Of a stretch of 64,000 nt of DNA, positions 50,111 to 64,000 are shown piece after piece (positions within the stretch are counted from its first letter, which is position 1; each line of letters begins with the position of its first letter). The translations under genes and the position numbers were made by a program. This DNA is from Blastocystis sp. Blastoise (taxonomy: Eukaryota; Protista; Bigyra: Opalinata), in contig JBBPEB010000013.1 of assembly GCA_039096225.1 (NCBI GenBank), forward strand, positions 1,798,001-1,862,000, read 5' to 3'. The notes under the pieces are model-generated. The model did no database searches. It saw only the letters and a program-made list of their open reading frames with translations, and was not told the DNA's origin.

Positions 50111-50905
50111 TTAGTTTTTACCAAATTTTCCATTGGCACGAGGTCTATTTAATGCTTTTATTCGTCTATCTTGATACTTAATAGAATAGCCATACTGAAT
50201 AGCACCAATTTCTCGTTTATATTGTAATACTTTCATTCTATAAGCACGTCTTTCTTTTGCTTGTTGCTTTAAATCTTCTTTCATTAAATTAATATAATAA
50301 CTCGAAGTTAACGATGTTTTCACATCATTATTTGATTCGTAATTATTTATACTATTATTATTTATAGTAGAATTACTATTAAATAGAGTATATTCATTAG
50401 AAACAGTTGGAATTAGATCAAAAGCAGAATTATCCGAATAACTACAAGAAAGTGTTTCATTAGTTGAATTAGACGGAGTAGAGAAAGAACAAGTAGATAT
50501 ATCAAAAGAAGAAGAAGGACTTATTGATGAACCAATAGTTGAATTTATAAAACAAGAAGATGTATTTGAATTAATAGAAGAATTCTGATTATCTAAAGAA
50601 CAACTATTCAATGAAGTTGAATCAGAAGATTCTAAGAATTGTATAGGGCTTAAATCAGGAGTCTGAATAGTATCATTCAATTCATCAGGGTTAACAACAT
50701 TGAATTCACTTTCAATTGGAAAACCACTCAAGTTATATTCAGTATCATTTTGCGTATTATTGCAGAAACCATAGTTTTCATCAAATAAGGAGAAATCATC
50801 GTAATTATAAGAAGAAACAAAAGATAACTCTTCAGAAAAAGGATTCACCACACACGAGGTGGTTTCTCCAAATATGCATTCTTGCGACTGCATATTGATT
50901 GACAT
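50111..50905 (-). CDS. CCT-motif protein, intronless
   Basis: C-terminal ERRAYRMKVLQYKR..IKYQDRRIKALNRPRANGKFGK matches the CCT consensus; Ser/Asn-rich N-terminus; first ATG at 50905. Confidence 0.8.
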   Translation of the reverse strand: MSINMQSQECIFGETTSCVVNPFSEELSFVSSYNYDDFSLFDENYGFCNNTQNDTEYNLSGFPIESEFNVVNPDELNDTIQTPDLSPIQFLESSDSTSLNSCSLDNQNSSINSNTSSCFINSTIGSSISPSSSFDISTCSFSTPSNSTNETLSCSYSDNSAFDLIPTVSNEYTLFNSNSTINNNSINNYESNNDVKTSLTSSYYINLMKEDLKQQAKERRAYRMKVLQYKREIGAIQYGYSIKYQDRRIKALNRPRANGKFGKN

Positions 50906-52040
50906 GTATAGTAACAGGAGTGCTACTAACAGTCTTAAATGAGCCAAACATTATCATCGGATCCCTCACGGTATTAAATTTAAAAAGCAAGCATCGCGCT
51001 AAAAAACACTAAACAATATCTTATTTGAGGATTAAACCTATTTAATAACAACTTTGAAACGAAAAAAGGAAAAGACTTCTCTATTAAGAAAAAATCTATG
51101 GATAATTGTTTTTTCATTTTATGTTTGGAATTCTGACTTATCAGAATGACCAATAGAGAAGAGCCAATGAAATAAGGTCTGGCTTAGATATGAACCAATA
51201 GAATCATCTATTTCAGAAAGCAACAGGATTTTTCTAGAAATTTTCTTTAAAAAATGAATGAAACGAATATTTTTGTTGAGTAACAATATTATGTTATTGA
51301 AATGATGTTGGTTTATATTGTTATATTTTCTCAATTACATTTATATATATGTTATACAAATACTAAATGAATATGAAGAAATTCTTGATTATATAAAAAC
51401 AACTTGGATTATCTGTATAAATTTGAAACTGGTTGGTATCCGTGAGGAAGACTCTAAATAGTCTAATAATCTATGGCAAGATATATAGACTTATAAGTAA
51501 ATCAGAGTCAATGAATAGGATCAATTGTGTAATAGAAATAACGAATTATTAACATTAACTAATATAATGGTTTAATGTTTTATGTGCTATTTATAAACAT
51601 ATTGTATAATTATTCATAACAATTCTAGCACATCTACTTCGTTATACCGCATGAAATAGTGAAACAACAAGAATAATCTCTAGAATAATCACATATAATA
51701 TGCTTTATTTGTATATACATAAACATTTATATACTCTATGAATCAACTTTCATAAAGAATACGAGTTATTAAAACATAATTACATAACTTTCAAAAGAAT
51801 AAATAGTTATATAGATAGAAGCATACATATAACTCTCCAAAACCTAAATACGTATTGATTTGCAATTACTTAAAAAGAATTATAAAAATAATTGGAAAAA
51901 ACATTTCCAGTTGACCGTTATCATTTCTTCAAAAAAGAAAAACATCATCACTTTTTCTTTAGTTTGATTTATTTAAGGGTATTATTTGTAATAATCCTTT
52001 ATTGAGTTGTGTTTTTAATTTGTGATCCTGATTTTAAATA

Positions 52041-54402
52041 ATGAGTTCCATCAATTTAGATCAATTGTAAGAACAACACTGTCTTCATTGATTGATACTC
52101 TATAGAGTTCAAAATATGACTGAAGAAGAAAAGGCTGGTTATGAGTTCATATGTAAATGCCATCAGAAAGATGTTCTCAATTCTCTTCAATCGGAAGAAG
52201 GTATGGTTGATCACCTATTTCAAGTAGATATTCGATCTTTATTTGTTGTTGATCATAATTCATATACTGTACTGGATATTCTGTGATATAAATTATATAT
52301 AGCTGTTCGCACTTTTATAAAAGAATGTCAAAATTTAAGTAGTACATATCCTGGTGGATTAGATGCTTATATCAGCAAGTATTATACACTTATTGATGAT
52401 ACTCTTAAAGGAATTAATCCATTAAAAGGCTATCGTCCTGAGGTATTTTTTGTCTATTTCTTTTTTGCTATACATGAATATTATATGATTTTTTTTCTTG
52501 AACAGGTTCCCCAAGGAAAAGTTTTAGAATATGGTACTTCTGAGTTTTATGAAACTGAACAAATAGGCTTAGAAGAATTACCCTACACGTGCTTTGTAAT
52601 AGTAGCTGGGGGATTGGGTGAACGACTTGGGTATAATGATATTAAAGTAGATATATATATGTAGTTGAGGTTATATATTATTATTATTATTATTTGTGAT
52701 ATTATTATTATATATATATAGGTATCATTACCTTCAGAAACAGTAACAAATACCAATTTTATTCATTTACTTATAAAGAATATTAATTTTCTTACTGTAT
52801 GTATATGATGAATGCATTTATTATTATATTCTCATTATAGCATAGATTTTTTATATTTATTATGTTTATTATGTTTATTATGTTTATTATTATTATACTT
52901 ATTATTATACTTATTATATTTATGATTATGATTATTATTATATTTATGATTATTATACTTATTATTATACTTATTATATTTATGATTATTGTTATTATTA
53001 TACTTATTATATTTATTATGATTAGTATACATATACTTAATATTATATTTATGGCCTCTATAGGAGCAATATGGTACGAAAATCCCTCTCGCTATCATGA
53101 CTTCGGAACAGACTTATCAACCGTATATATATATACATATATACATATATACATATATATATAATAGTATATAATTACAATAATTCATATATGATAACAC
53201 CATATAACTATATAACTATAATTTTAATAAAATAATAATAAAATGATCAATATCTATATATATAGTACAATTGATCTCTTAAATAACCACGGTTATTACG
53301 GTATGAATAAAGACAATGTCTATATTATGAGACAAGACAATGTTCCCGCCATAATGGATAAAGAGGGACATTTGGCGGTAACCCCCGAGGGTCATATTAT
53401 CAGTAAACCTCATGGACACGGAGACGTTCATTTATTATTAAATAAAGTATATATATTATGCATTATTATGAGTATAAGTATAATTATGTGTATACTATAT
53501 ATAAATAATCATAATATTTTTATTAATTATCATAATAGTATCAATATCCCGCCAAATGGATGGAACAAGGAATGAAATGGATTGTGTTCTGTCAAGACAC
53601 AAATGGTCTCGGTTTCCACTGTTTCCCCAGTTTATTAGGAGTATCAAAATCTATGAATTTAGATTTCAATTCTATGACAATTCTCAGAAAACCAGGTGAA
53701 AAAGTATTTTATTGCTTTTATTTATATTTTTTATTCTCATAATATATTTATCATTTTTTATTCACATAATATATATATATTTTTTTTATTCTTATAATAT
53801 ATTTATCATTTTTTATTCACATAATATATTTATCATTTTTTATTCACATAATATATATTTTTTATTCTTATACTATATATATTATTTTCCCGCCCTATAG
53901 GTTGGCGCTATTTCTCATCTTGTTAATGACGCAACAGGGGATAGTTTCACGTGCAACATTGAATATAACCAATTAAATAACGTTTTGAAGGACTCCGGAA
54001 TGGGGGGAGATATTGCTGGACCCAATGGTTATTCTAAGTATGTATTCCCGTGGGAATTCATTTTTTTAAAAATTTAGTTTTATATATAAAGAAATCATTT
54101 TTTTTCTCACTATATATATATTATATACTTATTTTCACAAATAGTTATCCTGGAAACACAAATCTCCTTTGTATTCGTCTCTCTACTTACCGCCAAATAC
54201 TTGAGGATTCCCGCGGAATTGTACCTGAGTTTATTAACCCTAAATTTGATGTATATACTTATATAATGTTTTATTCTTATCATTTTTAGTATATAAATAT
54301 ATATTATAAGTATAATAAATACTATTTATCATTAATATATATATATAGAAAGTCAATCCCAGTTTATTTACTTCTCCTACTCGTCTTGAATGCATGATGC
54401 AA

Positions 54403-54482
<80 letters not shown>

Positions 54483-55250
54483 TCATCTACTTCTTCTCTT
54501 CTCAAGGATTTCCCGCGGTTATTAGCTGGTACAAATCATAATAATGTAGGATTTGTGTCACTCTCGCGATGGTATTGTTACAGCACTGTTAAGAACGATC
54601 TGAAAAAGGCTGAATCACAATTCTTAACTACTGGATTTGCTAGTTGTCCATATTCTGGCGAGCAAGATATGTACAGAATGAACAGATACGTTCTTCGTTC
54701 TGCAGGTGTACATATAGATATGGAGGAATCACGTGATCATGAGCCAATTGGATTTGATGGTATTCCTCAAATGCCTATTATTATCATGCATCCCTCTCTG
54801 GGTGTCACTGCTAAATCACTTCAAAGTCATTTTGGTTCTAATGTTAGTATTTCTAGTAGCACGTGCTTAGTATTGGATGCACCTGATTTATTTATTGAAA
54901 ACTTCCAGTTTGACGGTTATATTGTGATTCGAGGAGTGAAGGGGGCTAAGATAACGCTTCGTAACGGCAGTATTCATAATAAGAGTGCGTCATTCCGAAG
55001 AATTCGTGAAGAAGAAAAAGATCAACTTCCTCTTGGTATAACTGTCAGAAAGTATATATAATATAATAGTATAGTATAGTATATAATAATTATAATAGTA
55101 TATAATAGTATAGTATAGTATACTATATAATAATTATAATAGTATATAATAAATATTATATTATTCTCTATATATAGTTATGTATTAGATGTATTTGAAT
55201 GTCGAGAGATTAATATCACTGAACCAGGTGACTATATTATTGAAAACTAA
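52041..55250 (+). CDS. USP: UDP-sugar pyrophosphorylase, about 13 exons
   Basis: YPGGLDAYI, VAGGLGERLGYNDIK, IPLAIMTS, KPHGHGDVH, FCQDTN, NIEYNQL, YPGNTN, EFINPK, PTRLECMMQDFP. Confidence 0.95.
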
Positions 55251-55775
55251 TATATATATATATATATATATATATAAACAATTATTTTATTTGTTTTCTT
55301 TGGGGTAGAGTTGTTTTATTTTGCTTTCTATTTATATATATATATTTCGTTCTTATTTTGATTATTTGTTATTCATTTTTTATGAATTCTTATTAAGAAT
55401 ATTCGAGTCGTGTTTCTTATAAATAATTAGAATTATTTTATGCATTAAAAACAATACTCAATTGATTTTCTATTATGTATATGTATATAATAAGAATAGT
55501 AATAAATATTGTTAAAGTATTTAGTTTGTTCATAATAATATATGTTGTGAAAAAGTATTTAAACAGTTTTTAAGGAAACATATATAGAGATTTATATAAA
55601 TAATGATATAAACAAGAGAATGAAGATAATAAACAAAACAACCTTTTATTAGTAAATATATAAAATAAAAATTTGAATTAAAAAAAATAAATATAATAAG
55701 AATGTTTTTAATAATTTATATATCTTCTATATATATATCTATTTATCTTTATCTATGGGTGAATGATTTATTGTA

Positions 55776-64000
<8,225 letters not shown>

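Overview
Very AT-rich, gene-dense, intron-rich eukaryotic nuclear DNA in the standard code, with TAA as the main stop. It is most consistent with an anaerobic stramenopile of the Blastocystis/Opalinata type (inference). Most short ORFs in the track are exon fragments or translated (TA)n/(AAT)n intron microsatellites. Splicing exons by hand gives about 23 genes: a virilizer-like protein (partial), KRI1, VPS52, MED11-like, a mitochondrial oxoglutarate/dicarboxylate carrier, a BTB-TLDc protein, NKAP, prefoldins 5 and 4, a NDUFA3-like complex I subunit, FAM98 with a CCCH finger, two divergent ODC-fold paralogs, two DsbA/FrnE paralogs, a putative mitochondrial beta-barrel, UTP13/TBL3, ABHD17, a prokaryote-type AmmeMemoRadiSam radical SAM enzyme, a Myb/SANT protein, a CCT protein, UDP-sugar pyrophosphorylase and a focadhesin/RST1-like protein (partial). 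Highlights: (1) most introns have self-complementary (TA)n ends, and some are nothing but GT(AT)nAG; (2) two U12-type AT-AC introns plus several introns that need non-canonical AT/TT donors or AA/TG acceptors; (3) GC-rich palindromic motifs (TTCCCGYGGGAA family and CACGTG) strongly enriched in gene bodies; (4) both ODC paralogs lack the catalytic Cys-Asp. All gene models and family calls are by eye from remembered family motifs, with no searches run.
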